Assembly: GCF_041886205.1 (NCBI RefSeq)
Contig: NZ_CP169029.1
Reading direction: 5' to 3' (one strand)
Length of the DNA: 64,000 nt
Origin: Escherichia coli
GTDB lineage: Bacteria; Pseudomonadota; Gammaproteobacteria; Enterobacterales; Enterobacteriaceae
Position 1 is the stretch's first letter. Each line of letters opens with the position of its first letter. This document shows, piece after piece, positions 35,416-45,081 of the stretch. The notes below the pieces were generated by a model that was not told where the DNA came from, ran no database searches, and saw only the letters and a list, made by a program, of their open reading frames with translations. A program made the position numbers and the translations under genes.

Positions 35416-36018
35416 ATGGAACAGGCTATTTTGGGAAAAGACGGTTACGCTTTAAATGATGGGGAAATCATCGTACATAACTATGATGGCGAAACGCGGG
35501 AATATATTTCTACATCAACTGAATATCTCGCTGTCGGAGTCGGTATCCCGGCATGTTCCTGTCTGGATGCACCAGGTACACATAAAGCTGGTTATGCAAT
35601 CTGTCGCTCTGTAGATTTAAATTCATGGGAATATGTGCCAGACCATCGCGGTGAAACGGTCTATAGCACCAAAACAGGAGAATCAAAAGAAATCACCGCT
35701 CCGGGTGATTACCCTGAAAATACAACCACTATCGCCCCATTAACGCCATACGATAAATGGGATGGTGAGAAATGGGTGACCGATACTGAGGCACAGCATA
35801 GCGCCGCAGTAGACGCGGCAGAAGCACAGCGCCAGTCACTGATTGATGCTGCAATGGCTTCCATTAGTCTGATTCAACTGAAATTGCAGGCCGGACGTAA
35901 ACTGACGCAGGCAGAAACAACCAGACTTAACGCTGTGCTGGATTACATTGACGCGGTGACGGCAACAGATACCAGCACCGCGCCGGATGTCATCTGGCCT
36001 GAACTGCCGGAGGCGTAG
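35416..36018 (+). CDS. Tail-fibre assembly chaperone (Tfa/U'-like) of the silent cassette
   Basis: 200 aa. The C-terminal ...LIQLKLQAGRKLTQAETTRLNAVLDYIDAVTATDTSTAPDVIWPELPE is typical of the Tfa family. Confidence 0.85.
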   Translation: MEQAILGKDGYALNDGEIIVHNYDGETREYISTSTEYLAVGVGIPACSCLDAPGTHKAGYAICRSVDLNSWEYVPDHRGETVYSTKTGESKEITAPGDYPENTTTIAPLTPYDKWDGEKWVTDTEAQHSAAVDAAEAQRQSLIDAAMASISLIQLKLQAGRKLTQAETTRLNAVLDYIDAVTATDTSTAPDVIWPELPEA

Positions 36019-36442
36019 GCCATTCAATATCTGGCGCACTGGAGGTATCAACCAGCTCCAGTGCATCCAGATAATCCAGCCACAAATTATATTGCGCCAG
36101 TTCCTCACCTTTCAGACGACCAATAGCGGCTTTACCGGGCCATTGCTTACTGTTCATGTATTCGTTGGCCTGGTTAATTAGTAGCTGTCTTTCTGATTCA
36201 GTAATTTCAATAAGCTCTTCATGCGTGGGTGGAGGAATATCTGCCCACGCAGGCAGCCCATCATCTCCGGCAATACGGATTTTTCCTTGTGGCGGTTCAG
36301 CCATAAACTCACTGATAATATTTTGATTTACTTCCTTAGCGTCTGATAAATCCCATCCCTCTGATTTATATTTATCAATCATATCCACAGGGAAAAAAGC
36401 ATTATGCCTTGCGCTATAAACATATTCGTTCATATAAATCAC
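35990..36442 (-). CDS. Tail-fibre assembly chaperone (Tfa/U-like) of the expressed cassette
   Basis: 150 aa. ...LKGEELAQYNLWLDYLDALELVDTSSAPDIEWPTPP is the Tfa C-terminal motif. Convergent 29-bp overlap with the other tfa gene. Confidence 0.85.
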   Translation of the reverse strand: MIYMNEYVYSARHNAFFPVDMIDKYKSEGWDLSDAKEVNQNIISEFMAEPPQGKIRIAGDDGLPAWADIPPPTHEELIEITESERQLLINQANEYMNSKQWPGKAAIGRLKGEELAQYNLWLDYLDALELVDTSSAPDIEWPTPPAVQAR

Positions 36443-36453
36443 CCTGAATAAAA

Positions 36454-37116
36454 TTACTCACCAACAGCCCACCAACTGTAATTCATCGATACCGTGTCGC
36501 TGGTTGATGACGTTCTGTAAGCAGAATTAAAGCCGGTTAACGTTGGGCCTTCTGCAGTCATCACGAACCCTCGCCCAGCGCCTAAAGGCGCACCGCCATC
36601 ACCAGAATGAGTAAGCATGGCGCAGTCCGCTTTTTTGGGGAAAGGGATGCTGAATGTAATTCTCATTGTTTGCGTCGATAATGTCGGCGTAACCGCACCA
36701 CGACCATATTGCAGGATTTTCCCGTTGGGTAATTTCATCCATCCATCACCACTGGCAAAAGAGGCCATGTCCGGTATCTGATTTTCCCCTGTCCCCACAT
36801 CCCGTTTTGCCGCTTCTCCCAAACCAAGGTTTTCGAGAGCCGTTTTCACCGTGCCATCCGATTTGATATCGCCAAACGGATTCTTGCGGCTTAACAGCAG
36901 CGCACGAAGCGCGGTAAGCAGCTGGTCATGCCGCCCCTTCTCCAGGCTGGCACCGGATGCCTCCACCACGCTGCAAAGTTCCTCCTGCAACATGTCAAAG
37001 TAGTCATCATCCAGATCGGTGGCAGGCGTGCCGGTCTGGGGGTTACCACGGGTAAAACCGTTCTTACCCGCGCCGAACTTATCCTTCTGCGCGGTTTTCG
37101 TGTCTATACGATGCAT
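36454..37116 (-). CDS. Tail-fibre protein: constant N-terminus plus the currently expressed variable C-terminus
   Basis: 220 aa. The crossover site lies at codons ...ALENLGLGE. Upstream is the conserved phage tail-fibre N-terminus [47 protein letters not shown]. Confidence 0.85.
   Translation of the reverse strand: MHRIDTKTAQKDKFGAGKNGFTRGNPQTGTPATDLDDDYFDMLQEELCSVVEASGASLEKGRHDQLLTALRALLLSRKNPFGDIKSDGTVKTALENLGLGEAAKRDVGTGENQIPDMASFASGDGWMKLPNGKILQYGRGAVTPTLSTQTMRITFSIPFPKKADCAMLTHSGDGGAPLGAGRGFVMTAEGPTLTGFNSAYRTSSTSDTVSMNYSWWAVGE
36814..36839. promoter_or_regulatory. Right inversion crossover site (gix/hix-like) inside the tail-fibre gene
   Basis: TTCTCCCAAACCAAGGTTTTCGAGAG resembles remembered hixL TTCTTGAAAACCAAGGTTTTTGATAA (12+2+12 with central AA). 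Confidence 0.8.
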
Positions 37117-37119
37117 GAA

Positions 37120-37704
37120 TTACTCCGGATATTTAAAAATTACGTAGGTATGCGACGGGCAGAGTTTGTTAAGCACACACTCGACAACGGTGTCGCCCCA
37201 GATACGCAGTGCGGAATCACAGGGATCGCCACATGTCATCCAGGTGGTGTTGGTGGCGGCTGGCATGTTGACCTGCCAGTAATACCGCCATTCCGGCGCA
37301 TTCACAGCGTCAGTGCAGGCTGATGAGCAGGTGAACGTGCTTTTGTCGTATCGCGTGATGGTAGCGTCTGGTCTGCCCAGGGCAGCAAGCTGTGCAAGAT
37401 AAAAATCCTCGTTGATGCCGCCCGCCAGGTTAACCTTCGCATCCAGCCGTTGCTGACGCTGGCGAAGGGTCTGTGTCCCTGCGGGAATACATTCATCCGG
37501 CAGACCGCACAGACGCTCCCAGCGGTTTATCAGTTCAGTGGTGGTGCGCGGATCCAGCTCCCGCATCAGGGCATCCGCACGCTGATGAACGCGGGTTAAT
37601 GACGGTGCCGCACCGGCAATCGCCGGATCGCTGGCTGACCACGCCGGACCGGGGGGCAACAGTGCCGACAACAGACGGATGTAATCATCGTTTGTCACGT
37701 CCAT
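37120..37704 (-). CDS. Baseplate/tail-fibre attachment protein (YmfQ/DUF2313, Mu gp48-like)
   Basis: 194 aa. N-terminal [15 protein letters not shown] motif. Sits between the baseplate J gene and the tail fibre. Confidence 0.7.
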   Translation of the reverse strand: MDVTNDDYIRLLSALLPPGPAWSASDPAIAGAAPSLTRVHQRADALMRELDPRTTTELINRWERLCGLPDECIPAGTQTLRQRQQRLDAKVNLAGGINEDFYLAQLAALGRPDATITRYDKSTFTCSSACTDAVNAPEWRYYWQVNMPAATNTTWMTCGDPCDSALRIWGDTVVECVLNKLCPSHTYVIFKYPE

Positions 37705-38753
37705 GAAATCGTCCCCAGTACCGCCAGTTCATTTTTTGCAATGGAGATATTGTCTGCCGGTGCAAGCAACTGATGGCTGTATTCCCCGTTCGCACCGGAA
37801 ATCGCTTCACTGATACGCGACACCTTCAGTTCTCCCTGCGGATAACCATCACGCAGCAGGAACGAACGCAACTCGGCGGTGATGGCAGCCCGTATTTCTG
37901 GTGTATCCGGCGTCACACGGATATGAAAATCCACCGTATGCGCCACCGGCCTGAACACATACAAATCAGAGCCTGCCACCGGGGCCAGTGGCTCGATATG
38001 CAGCCTTGCCGCCGTTTCCGTTGATTCTTCCGGAATGGGATTAATCAGGTCGCTGCTGGCAATCATCACACCGACAGTCCCCGTTCCCATCCAGTGTCGG
38101 TATGTCCATGCGCGGGTAATGCCGGGAACTTCTTTAGCCCAGACGACATAGTCCCCGTCAGCCCCGCCCTGAGGCGTCCAGTAATACCGCTCAATGACGC
38201 GGGCGCGCCACATTTCCAGCTCTTCAGTATCAAATCCACCTGTCAGTGTATCTGCCACGCCGGAAGACGGCAGACCATTCACCGGCGTGACCAGGATTAA
38301 TGACGTACCGTCGTCAGCGTTACCGACCGCGCCTGCACTTGAGCAGGCGATCGGCACGCGCAGGACACCACCGGAGCTGGTTGCATCGGCAGTTGCCGTG
38401 TACTGCACCAGGTCATCGCGCTGAATAACACTCCCGGCGGTCACCTTCAGGCCATCGCTGACACCTTCCCAGCGCATATACCCGCTGGCAGCCGTGGCCC
38501 CCTTGCGCGGACACCGTTTCATCGCAGCATGTCGCGCCAGCCAGGACTCATCGCACAAGTCAGGCAGCATGTTCATTGCCAGATAATCGATGTACCCGTA
38601 AACCGTATGCAGCGCCGCCGCATACACCTTTGCCCGCACGTCTTCATCCATGCGCCGGAGCGTGTCGCTGACGTCCAGCCTGGCGAATAAATCGTTACGG
38701 AGCATACTGATATTTTCTGCCAGCGTCGGGCGCTGAAATTCACTGTCCGCCAT
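37695..38753 (-). CDS. Baseplate J-like protein (Mu gp47-like)
   Basis: 352 aa. Position in a Mu-type baseplate cluster, with overlapping coupled starts and stops. Confidence 0.75.
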   Translation of the reverse strand: MADSEFQRPTLAENISMLRNDLFARLDVSDTLRRMDEDVRAKVYAAALHTVYGYIDYLAMNMLPDLCDESWLARHAAMKRCPRKGATAASGYMRWEGVSDGLKVTAGSVIQRDDLVQYTATADATSSGGVLRVPIACSSAGAVGNADDGTSLILVTPVNGLPSSGVADTLTGGFDTEELEMWRARVIERYYWTPQGGADGDYVVWAKEVPGITRAWTYRHWMGTGTVGVMIASSDLINPIPEESTETAARLHIEPLAPVAGSDLYVFRPVAHTVDFHIRVTPDTPEIRAAITAELRSFLLRDGYPQGELKVSRISEAISGANGEYSHQLLAPADNISIAKNELAVLGTISWT

Positions 38754-39168
38754 GCGTTATCGCACTCCACAGATCATCAAAAGAAATCATTACCGGTCCG
38801 TCACGACGCCAGAGAGTGATACTGTTACCCAGTTCATTAATCCCGGTGCGGCGGATATCCAGATCAATACGGGACACCACGCCATCATCAATCATCCATT
38901 GCAGGCATTCGCGGATATACCCCCTTACCGTCTGCACCAGCTGATTGGTCAGTTTGCTGCGCTGAAGCAGCCACAGTCGGGAGCCGTAACGGTCATTCTG
39001 TACCGCAGGCCAGGTATCCCCCCACCATCCCATCGGGACGCCGGCGTTGTCATCAGGCTCCGCCCGCCGCCAGGTAAACAGGGAAATCACCACGGCGCGG
39101 GTCAGCGGATCCAGCGGTGCGCTGGCGCAGGTGCGTTTACCGTTCACCGTCAGCCACAGTTCCATCAT
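38740..39168 (-). CDS. Baseplate protein (Mu gp46-like)
   Basis: 142 aa. Position between the V-like and J-like genes. Confidence 0.6.
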   Translation of the reverse strand: MMELWLTVNGKRTCASAPLDPLTRAVVISLFTWRRAEPDDNAGVPMGWWGDTWPAVQNDRYGSRLWLLQRSKLTNQLVQTVRGYIRECLQWMIDDGVVSRIDLDIRRTGINELGNSITLWRRDGPVMISFDDLWSAITHGGQ

Positions 39169-39713
39169 GCCTCCATCGCTTTATCAGGTTTGTCGGTGTT
39201 ACTGCCCTGACCGTTCTCTCTGTGACGATGCCCGTTATAGGCAAGCCGCATCGCTGACATGGTGGTGCCGCCGGAGTCGCACAGGTCTTTCACCTGTCCT
39301 GTCACTTCCAGGTCCATTTCAAAACGTGCCTTAGGCGCATTGCGAAACGTGATCGTTTTACCAGCACCGTCCACCACGATCCCCTCCCGGGTCAGCGTCA
39401 CGGACTGCCCCTGATCGTCATAGACAGCCACCTCCCCAGTCTGCAGCCCTTTCAGGCGGTAGCGACGGTCCGACACCGTAACAACCACCGCATGAGAACG
39501 GTCGCCATCCGGAAACAACACCACCGCTTCCGCACCGCTGTTTGCCCTTGCGGTAAAACCGTAGGGTTCAAGATGTTCAACCCCGGCTTTGGGTTCACCG
39601 GCAATCAGGGACACATCCACGGTCTGACATTTCGTGGCGGCACTGATGCTTTTCACCACGGCCCGCCCAATCAGGCCGAGGAGTTGTCGCTGCATGGCTT
39701 CAATCGTCCTCAT
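39165..39713 (-). CDS. Baseplate assembly protein V / spike (Mu gp45-like)
   Basis: 182 aa. Motif ...EHLEPYGFTARANSGAEAVVLFPDGDRSHAVVV... is typical of gpV-family spikes. Confidence 0.7.
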   Translation of the reverse strand: MRTIEAMQRQLLGLIGRAVVKSISAATKCQTVDVSLIAGEPKAGVEHLEPYGFTARANSGAEAVVLFPDGDRSHAVVVTVSDRRYRLKGLQTGEVAVYDDQGQSVTLTREGIVVDGAGKTITFRNAPKARFEMDLEVTGQVKDLCDSGGTTMSAMRLAYNGHRHRENGQGSNTDKPDKAMEA

Positions 39714-40792
39714 CAGAACGGGTCCTCCTGTACTCTGGCTTTTTTCTTTTTCCGCGCGCCGGGGTCTTCAGGTTCAGGCAGATAAGCATCAGGCGGGCCG
39801 ACACGGATTTCCGTCAGGGTGCCGTTCTGGTCCTGAGTAAACGTGACTTCCGAAACAAGCAGTTCGGTATTTTCGAAACCACAGACCGGATCAAAGACAA
39901 TCACCCGCTGGTTGGGCTGCCACAGCGTACCGTTACCCTGTCGCCAGCCCTGCACCACATAGGTGGTTTCATCCGTCCGCGCCGCCCGTTGTCGGGCTTC
40001 AAAGTCCGCACGGGCAATACAGCCTGCCCCCGTAGCCTGCCCTGTCTGCCTGATATACATCGGACGGTAACGGGCAATAAATGCGTCCTCTGTGCGGGCC
40101 CGCAGCGCGGTGGTGGTGGCCTCACCGAAATCATCGTCGTTTCCGGCACGCTGCCCCGCCACCTGGTAAACAGAAAACCGCTCCCGGATACTCTTCTCCG
40201 TATCGCAGGAAAGGATGTTTTCCCCAAGTACCAGCGCGGTATGTGCCCGCGTTGAGCCAATACCGCCAATCACCAGCCTGCCGTGCGGGTCGTCATAAGC
40301 CAGCGCCTGCTGCTGACCGAGTATTTTGTTAATCACCTCGATCACCGTTTCACCGTGATCAGGCTGGACATCAGGAATAACACCCGACGGCGCACCGCTG
40401 TTCACCACCTCAATACCGAAGGGCGCAGCAAGCGCCTGCGCAATCTGTACCAGTGATCGTCCGTTAAACTGTGTCGGTTCGGCTGCACAATCAATCAGGT
40501 CAGCGGTCAGACTGCGTCCGGCAATACCGGTGCTGACCGAACGGGCATCGTAACGAACGGGCGTCGCCTCCACCCAGCCGGTGATCACCAGCTCATCACC
40601 AATCAGCACCTCCACTTTTGAACCGTTTTTAATGCGCGGCTGAAGCATGGTGATACCCTCATCACCCGGCCACTGGCGAGTGATCTCCACACTGAAATCC
40701 CGCGCCAGCCGTTCAATACCGGCACCGATGCGCACCGATGTCCAGCCATTCCACTCCCGGCCATTTACCCGTAGCGTGACATTGTCGTTCAT
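39713..40792 (-). CDS. Baseplate hub protein (Mu gpP/gp44-like)
   Basis: 359 aa. Begins MNDNVTLRVNGREWNGWTSVRI, as in Mu P-like tail proteins. Synteny supports the call. Confidence 0.7.
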   Translation of the reverse strand: MNDNVTLRVNGREWNGWTSVRIGAGIERLARDFSVEITRQWPGDEGITMLQPRIKNGSKVEVLIGDELVITGWVEATPVRYDARSVSTGIAGRSLTADLIDCAAEPTQFNGRSLVQIAQALAAPFGIEVVNSGAPSGVIPDVQPDHGETVIEVINKILGQQQALAYDDPHGRLVIGGIGSTRAHTALVLGENILSCDTEKSIRERFSVYQVAGQRAGNDDDFGEATTTALRARTEDAFIARYRPMYIRQTGQATGAGCIARADFEARQRAARTDETTYVVQGWRQGNGTLWQPNQRVIVFDPVCGFENTELLVSEVTFTQDQNGTLTEIRVGPPDAYLPEPEDPGARKKKKARVQEDPF

Positions 40793-42162
40793 TGCACTGG
40801 CACCTTCAGAGGGATCACCGGCACAAAGCCGGGATGCGTAATGGCATTACGCCGGATAATGTCCGCGTCACGCGCCGCGTTATCAAACCAGGTCGCTGCC
40901 AGCACCAGCGCGGGTAAAACCTCATCCGGTGTGCGCTGAATGATCCGTGCAGACTGTTCAAGGCGCGTGTTGATATCCGCATTCAGATCTGCTTTCACCC
41001 GGCGCAGCGCCAGAAACAGCGCATCACTGGTTGTACGGGACAACTCCTTATCAATTGCCGTATTCAGTGTGTCGCGAATGTCAGTCAGTTCTTCCCACGT
41101 CGGCAGGTCAACCGTGTTTTTCACCGCCGGTGCATTGTTCAGTGCCGGATGCGTGACGGAAGGCCAGCCAGTGCTCTGCGCGGGTGTTGTTGCCTGCCCC
41201 ACTGCGGAATTCTGCATCACCGCGGAAGTTGTTGGCGCAGGCAATCGGGTGACGGCATACGCCGCTTCGCTGATTGCGGTCGTACGAAGGGTGCTGGCAA
41301 CCACGTTACGCTGCTGCGTAGCCGTGGCGGTGGTTTTACTGTCCGTTTTCCAGACGCCGCGCGGTTGCAGATCGCTGCCGAGGCTGACACCGGAAAGCGT
41401 TTTGATCATGGTGACCAGGTCGCTGGCGTTACCATAAAGGCGTTTCCCGGTACGCCACATTTTCTGCACCTGCTCAACGAAATTTTTGCCTGACGATGGC
41501 GGCGGCAGAAGTACCGAGATATCCCCCTGTAACAGCCTGGCGGCATCCGATACGGCAGAATCCACCACTTTCATCGCATCAGAAACATACCCCAGCATTA
41601 TGCTGGCATTACCGATAACGTCGTTCTGCACGAAATCCGCCACACCATCGATACTGAAACCGCTGAAGCTGTCACTGATGCAGTCATCCAGTGCAGAACA
41701 GGATGACATCAGCGTCTGCGCCGTCGCCGCACCTGATGTGGGGTAAGAGAGCTCTCCTGCTTCGACAAACTTCAGGTCAAAGCGGACAATACGTCCTTCA
41801 CTTTTCGATGTGCTGACCCGAACTTCCCCGTCAACACAGACTTTCAGCTCACCGTATGTCGGATGGACAAGCGTGCCGGGACCGGGTTTATTCAGCGCGT
41901 CAATCAGGCGATCGCGCTGGTCAAAACAGTCATCTCCCACCACATAAGCCGTGATGGACGGGCGGAAAGTGATTTTCCCCAGGTCTTCGGTATAGGGTTT
42001 GTCGCGGTTCGGGTATTCATGTGTTTCTACACGGCGACCGGTTCCCGCACTTTCTTCTTCAACCTTAAACGGCACACCTCGAAATGATGCTTCAAGTAGC
42101 TTTTCACGCCAGCCACTTCGAGAATCAGAGGATAGGTACGAAGAAATATGAGAAAAATCCAT
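40789..42162 (-). CDS. DNA-circulation protein (Mu gpN/gp43-like)
   Basis: 457 aa. N-terminal ...ASFRGVPFKVEEESAGTGRRVETHEYPNRDKPYTEDLG motif of the DNA-circulation family. Located downstream of the tape measure. Confidence 0.75.
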   Translation of the reverse strand: MDFSHISSYLSSDSRSGWREKLLEASFRGVPFKVEEESAGTGRRVETHEYPNRDKPYTEDLGKITFRPSITAYVVGDDCFDQRDRLIDALNKPGPGTLVHPTYGELKVCVDGEVRVSTSKSEGRIVRFDLKFVEAGELSYPTSGAATAQTLMSSCSALDDCISDSFSGFSIDGVADFVQNDVIGNASIMLGYVSDAMKVVDSAVSDAARLLQGDISVLLPPPSSGKNFVEQVQKMWRTGKRLYGNASDLVTMIKTLSGVSLGSDLQPRGVWKTDSKTTATATQQRNVVASTLRTTAISEAAYAVTRLPAPTTSAVMQNSAVGQATTPAQSTGWPSVTHPALNNAPAVKNTVDLPTWEELTDIRDTLNTAIDKELSRTTSDALFLALRRVKADLNADINTRLEQSARIIQRTPDEVLPALVLAATWFDNAARDADIIRRNAITHPGFVPVIPLKVPVQ

Positions 42163-42177
42163 GGCGTCACCTCAAAT

Positions 42178-42204
42178 AAAAACCGCGTGTAAACGCGGTT
42201 TTTT
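42178..42204. terminator. Bidirectional-looking rho-independent terminator immediately after the moron
   Basis: AAAAACCGCG-TGTAAA-CGCGGTTTTTT. On the minus strand the hairpin is followed by TTTTTATTT. It lies 15 bp upstream of the DNA-circulation gene start. Confidence 0.75.
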
Positions 42205-42218
42205 ATTAGGTAATAAAA

Positions 42219-42707
42219 TTAACGATCATAATCAACATTATGAGTATCTATTCTACATGATGAATAAGTAATTCCGCTTTCACCACTAATATTTACGCCA
42301 GCCTTTACCTTCCCTGTTTTCGTAACATCAACAAAGAATTGCCCTCTTGGCATTTTAAATGCAAAAGAGAAACCAATAATTTCCGAGTCAAAGTTATTTT
42401 CATCCTCACTAATTGGTACAATAAAAGTCAATGGTGCAGATTGTGAGTTATTTTCAAAATCAAAAGCACCAATGCTTTTATTAAACTCGTAGGATGCTTT
42501 TTTTATTAAAAGAGTTCCACTTGCCGACTTTGCTGGGCATATTACATACAGTCTATTTATTCCCTCTACATCTAGATCTATATTCTTATCCGCTGAAGTT
42601 TTAACGTTATCTATAAAGTATGTAGCAAGCTGCTTTTCCGTTACTGGCTTCGCAAAGGAGTTTAATGGCAGTCCTACAGCCAACAACAATATAAACATTT
42701 TCTTCAT
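42219..42707 (-). CDS. AT-rich moron encoding a Sec-exported protein of unknown function
   Basis: 162 aa from MKKMFILLLAVGLPLNSFA/KPVTEK (signal peptide, no lipobox Cys), with RBS AGGAGA. Two Cys residues. Composition is clearly more AT-rich than the flanking tail genes. Confidence 0.7.
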   Translation of the reverse strand: MKKMFILLLAVGLPLNSFAKPVTEKQLATYFIDNVKTSADKNIDLDVEGINRLYVICPAKSASGTLLIKKASYEFNKSIGAFDFENNSQSAPLTFIVPISEDENNFDSEIIGFSFAFKMPRGQFFVDVTKTGKVKAGVNISGESGITYSSCRIDTHNVDYDR

Positions 42708-42771
42708 ATTCTCTCCTACATTCAGCACAAACTTTACCACTCAATAACCCTACTTGATTAAAGTAGTTATA

Positions 42772-44673
42772 TTATCGTCTGAATGGAGAATACCCCACAT
42801 CGTGCGTGATTTTCATCAGGGGATCGGCTTTGCCCGGTACATCAATTATCTTCATACCTGGCGGAGCATTCTCGAACGTGACTTTCAGCTCGCTGTGCTG
42901 TGTCATGGAAGAAGATGGATTCAACAGCGGAACATTGGGTTTGTACTGACTCAGGCTGGCCTGATACTGCTCGTACTCTTTACGATCAAAAAAAGGCGTC
43001 CAGTCTGAAGCCAGAAACAGCCCTTTATTATCCAGCCAGTTAACCGTATCTTCAGGAACAACACTTTCCAGAGTATCTTTAACCGGCTCATACATCAGGG
43101 TTCCCAGAAAACCATATACCCCGGCCTTCCCGATAAAGCCGCGCCCTTTCCCCATCAATCCCGTTTCTGCCGATACCTTCCCCAGCGTACGCATCTCTCT
43201 GGTCACTGCGGTAATGGATTTGGTAACGTCAGCAACCCATTTGGTTGCCATAAACAGGGCAATCGCTTTCAGAACAGTTTCCCATCCCCCCATCGCCTGC
43301 GCCGTTTCATCCACCACGTGCCAGACTTTTTTTATGACAGGACCTACGGTTTCCCAATTATCAATAATGAGGTAAGCGCCACCAACCAGAAGAGCAATCA
43401 GCCCCTTAGCAGGCGTCATATTCATCACACCGCCGAGAACTTTCATGATTCTGGACAAAGAGCCTGCAGCGGCCCCCACTGTCAGTAAAGCCAGACCGAT
43501 TTTAGCAATGGTCTTAACGAGCTCCGGGTTTTCACGGACAAACGTTCTCACTTCCTCAAGGAGCGGTTTTACCGCTTCAAGACCATCATTAACCTCAGGA
43601 AGAAACGTTTCCCCCAGAGTGGAAGAAATGGCATCAAGTTGATTTTGCAGAAGTAAAAGCTGGTTTTCCGTCGTCGCTGCCCTCGAAGCATATTCCTTCT
43701 GCATCGAACTGCCATACTGCTGGGAATCCGCAACCCGCCTGAAGTTGGTACGCAACAAATCAAGGTTAGTCAGCAGAGGTGCTATCGCGCCCAGAGACTC
43801 TTTCCCGAACAGGGCATTCAGCACAGCTGCCTGTTTTTCTTTAGGCACTTTAGACATCGCATCCAGTACAGACAGCATGGTTCCCCGGGCATCTTTCTGC
43901 ATATCAGCAGCTAATTTCTTCGGATTGATCCGCAGAAAACGTAATGCCTGTTTCTGCGATTTTGTCGCGGAATTTCCCGCGGTCAGGGAAAGCATGAAGT
44001 TCTTGATCCCTGTGGCGGCAATTTCTGACTCCACGCCCATCCCGGCAATGGTTGCCCCCATTGCCGCGATTTCGCCGGAAGCCACACCTGCAACACCACC
44101 TAAAGGACCAATACGCGTAACAATATCGGAGATTTTCTTCGCATTCGCCGGACCGGTATTACCAAGGTAGTTGATTTTGTCAGCCAGCCCGGCCACTTCA
44201 TCCTGCGTCATATTAAACGCAGTACGCCACTGGGCCATCATCTGCCCGGACTCTTCAGCCGTGGTATCAAAGGCCACGCCCATCTTCACCGCATCAGTGG
44301 CAAACTGCATCAGTTCATCACGTGCAATCCCGGCCTGACCGCCAGCCGCCACAATTTCCGCGATCCCGTCTGCAGACATGGGAAGCTCAGTAGACAAAGC
44401 GCGTACCTGCTCCGTCATGGCCTTAAACGCATCCGGCGTATCCAGACCGTCCACCACTTTGCGGACATCAGCCATCTTCGATTCAAGGGTGATGGCTGAT
44501 TTTACAGGGAGTGCCAGTGCCCCCATTATTGCAGTACCCGCCCCGGCAGCGCCCAGAGCAAGGCTGGAGACTTCTTTCTGAAACCCCTTAAGCTGACGCT
44601 GCATACCTTTAAGCGGGCCGGATAGCCTGTCAACGGCGGTGATGATGGCTTTCAGCTGAAAATTATCAGCCAT
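42772..44673 (-). CDS. Tail tape-measure protein
   Basis: 633 aa. Ala/Gly-rich helical and hydrophobic segments. Preceded by the chaperone/frameshift gene pair. Confidence 0.88.
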   Translation of the reverse strand: MADNFQLKAIITAVDRLSGPLKGMQRQLKGFQKEVSSLALGAAGAGTAIMGALALPVKSAITLESKMADVRKVVDGLDTPDAFKAMTEQVRALSTELPMSADGIAEIVAAGGQAGIARDELMQFATDAVKMGVAFDTTAEESGQMMAQWRTAFNMTQDEVAGLADKINYLGNTGPANAKKISDIVTRIGPLGGVAGVASGEIAAMGATIAGMGVESEIAATGIKNFMLSLTAGNSATKSQKQALRFLRINPKKLAADMQKDARGTMLSVLDAMSKVPKEKQAAVLNALFGKESLGAIAPLLTNLDLLRTNFRRVADSQQYGSSMQKEYASRAATTENQLLLLQNQLDAISSTLGETFLPEVNDGLEAVKPLLEEVRTFVRENPELVKTIAKIGLALLTVGAAAGSLSRIMKVLGGVMNMTPAKGLIALLVGGAYLIIDNWETVGPVIKKVWHVVDETAQAMGGWETVLKAIALFMATKWVADVTKSITAVTREMRTLGKVSAETGLMGKGRGFIGKAGVYGFLGTLMYEPVKDTLESVVPEDTVNWLDNKGLFLASDWTPFFDRKEYEQYQASLSQYKPNVPLLNPSSSMTQHSELKVTFENAPPGMKIIDVPGKADPLMKITHDVGYSPFRR

Positions 44674-44688
44674 GCTTCATCTCCTCAT

Positions 44689-45081
44689 TTATACGGACGG
44701 CCTCTGCCTCCAGATCAGCAAAGTGGGAAATAGCCGTCCGGCGAAGTTCAAGGGGGTTTAATTTCCAGAACCACGCGACATTGTAGAATCGCTTCCGGAG
44801 GTCTCTTCCGTCTCCAAGCCGGTAAAAAAACGCATTACAATCATGCCTGCCTTGAAAATATCCAGCTTCGTCATCTGCGCTGCAGACGAGCGCGGGATCC
44901 CGGCCAGAAGCGGGATATATTTCAGCGCTACCTGACTGTCCATTTTCATACCACCATCAGGCGAAACAGAGAAAGGGAACCCCAGCGCCTCAATCTCGTC
45001 ATACGTAGGCTCACGTATTTCCAGCACATGCAGTGTTTCTTTGTGGGCGATGATCGGTTTTTTAAGTACAAGCTCAATCAC
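44689..45081 (-). CDS. Predicted -1 frameshift extension product of the tail chaperone (GT-like)
   Basis: Slippery heptamer T TTT TTT (minus strand; forward A-run 44824-44830) in X XXY YYZ phase. The -1 frame then stays open for 44 codons (YRLGDGRDLRKRFYNVAWFWKLNPLNFAGRLFPTLLIWRQRPSV) to a TAA at 44689-44691, 15 nt before the tape-measure ATG. Confidence 0.6.
44758..45081 (-). CDS. Tail assembly chaperone (G-like, Mu gp41-like)
   Basis: 107 aa between the tube and tape-measure genes. Contains a T7 slippery run near its 3' end. Confidence 0.75.
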   Translation of the reverse strand: MIELVLKKPIIAHKETLHVLEIREPTYDEIEALGFPFSVSPDGGMKMDSQVALKYIPLLAGIPRSSAAQMTKLDIFKAGMIVMRFFTGLETEETSGSDSTMSRGSGN

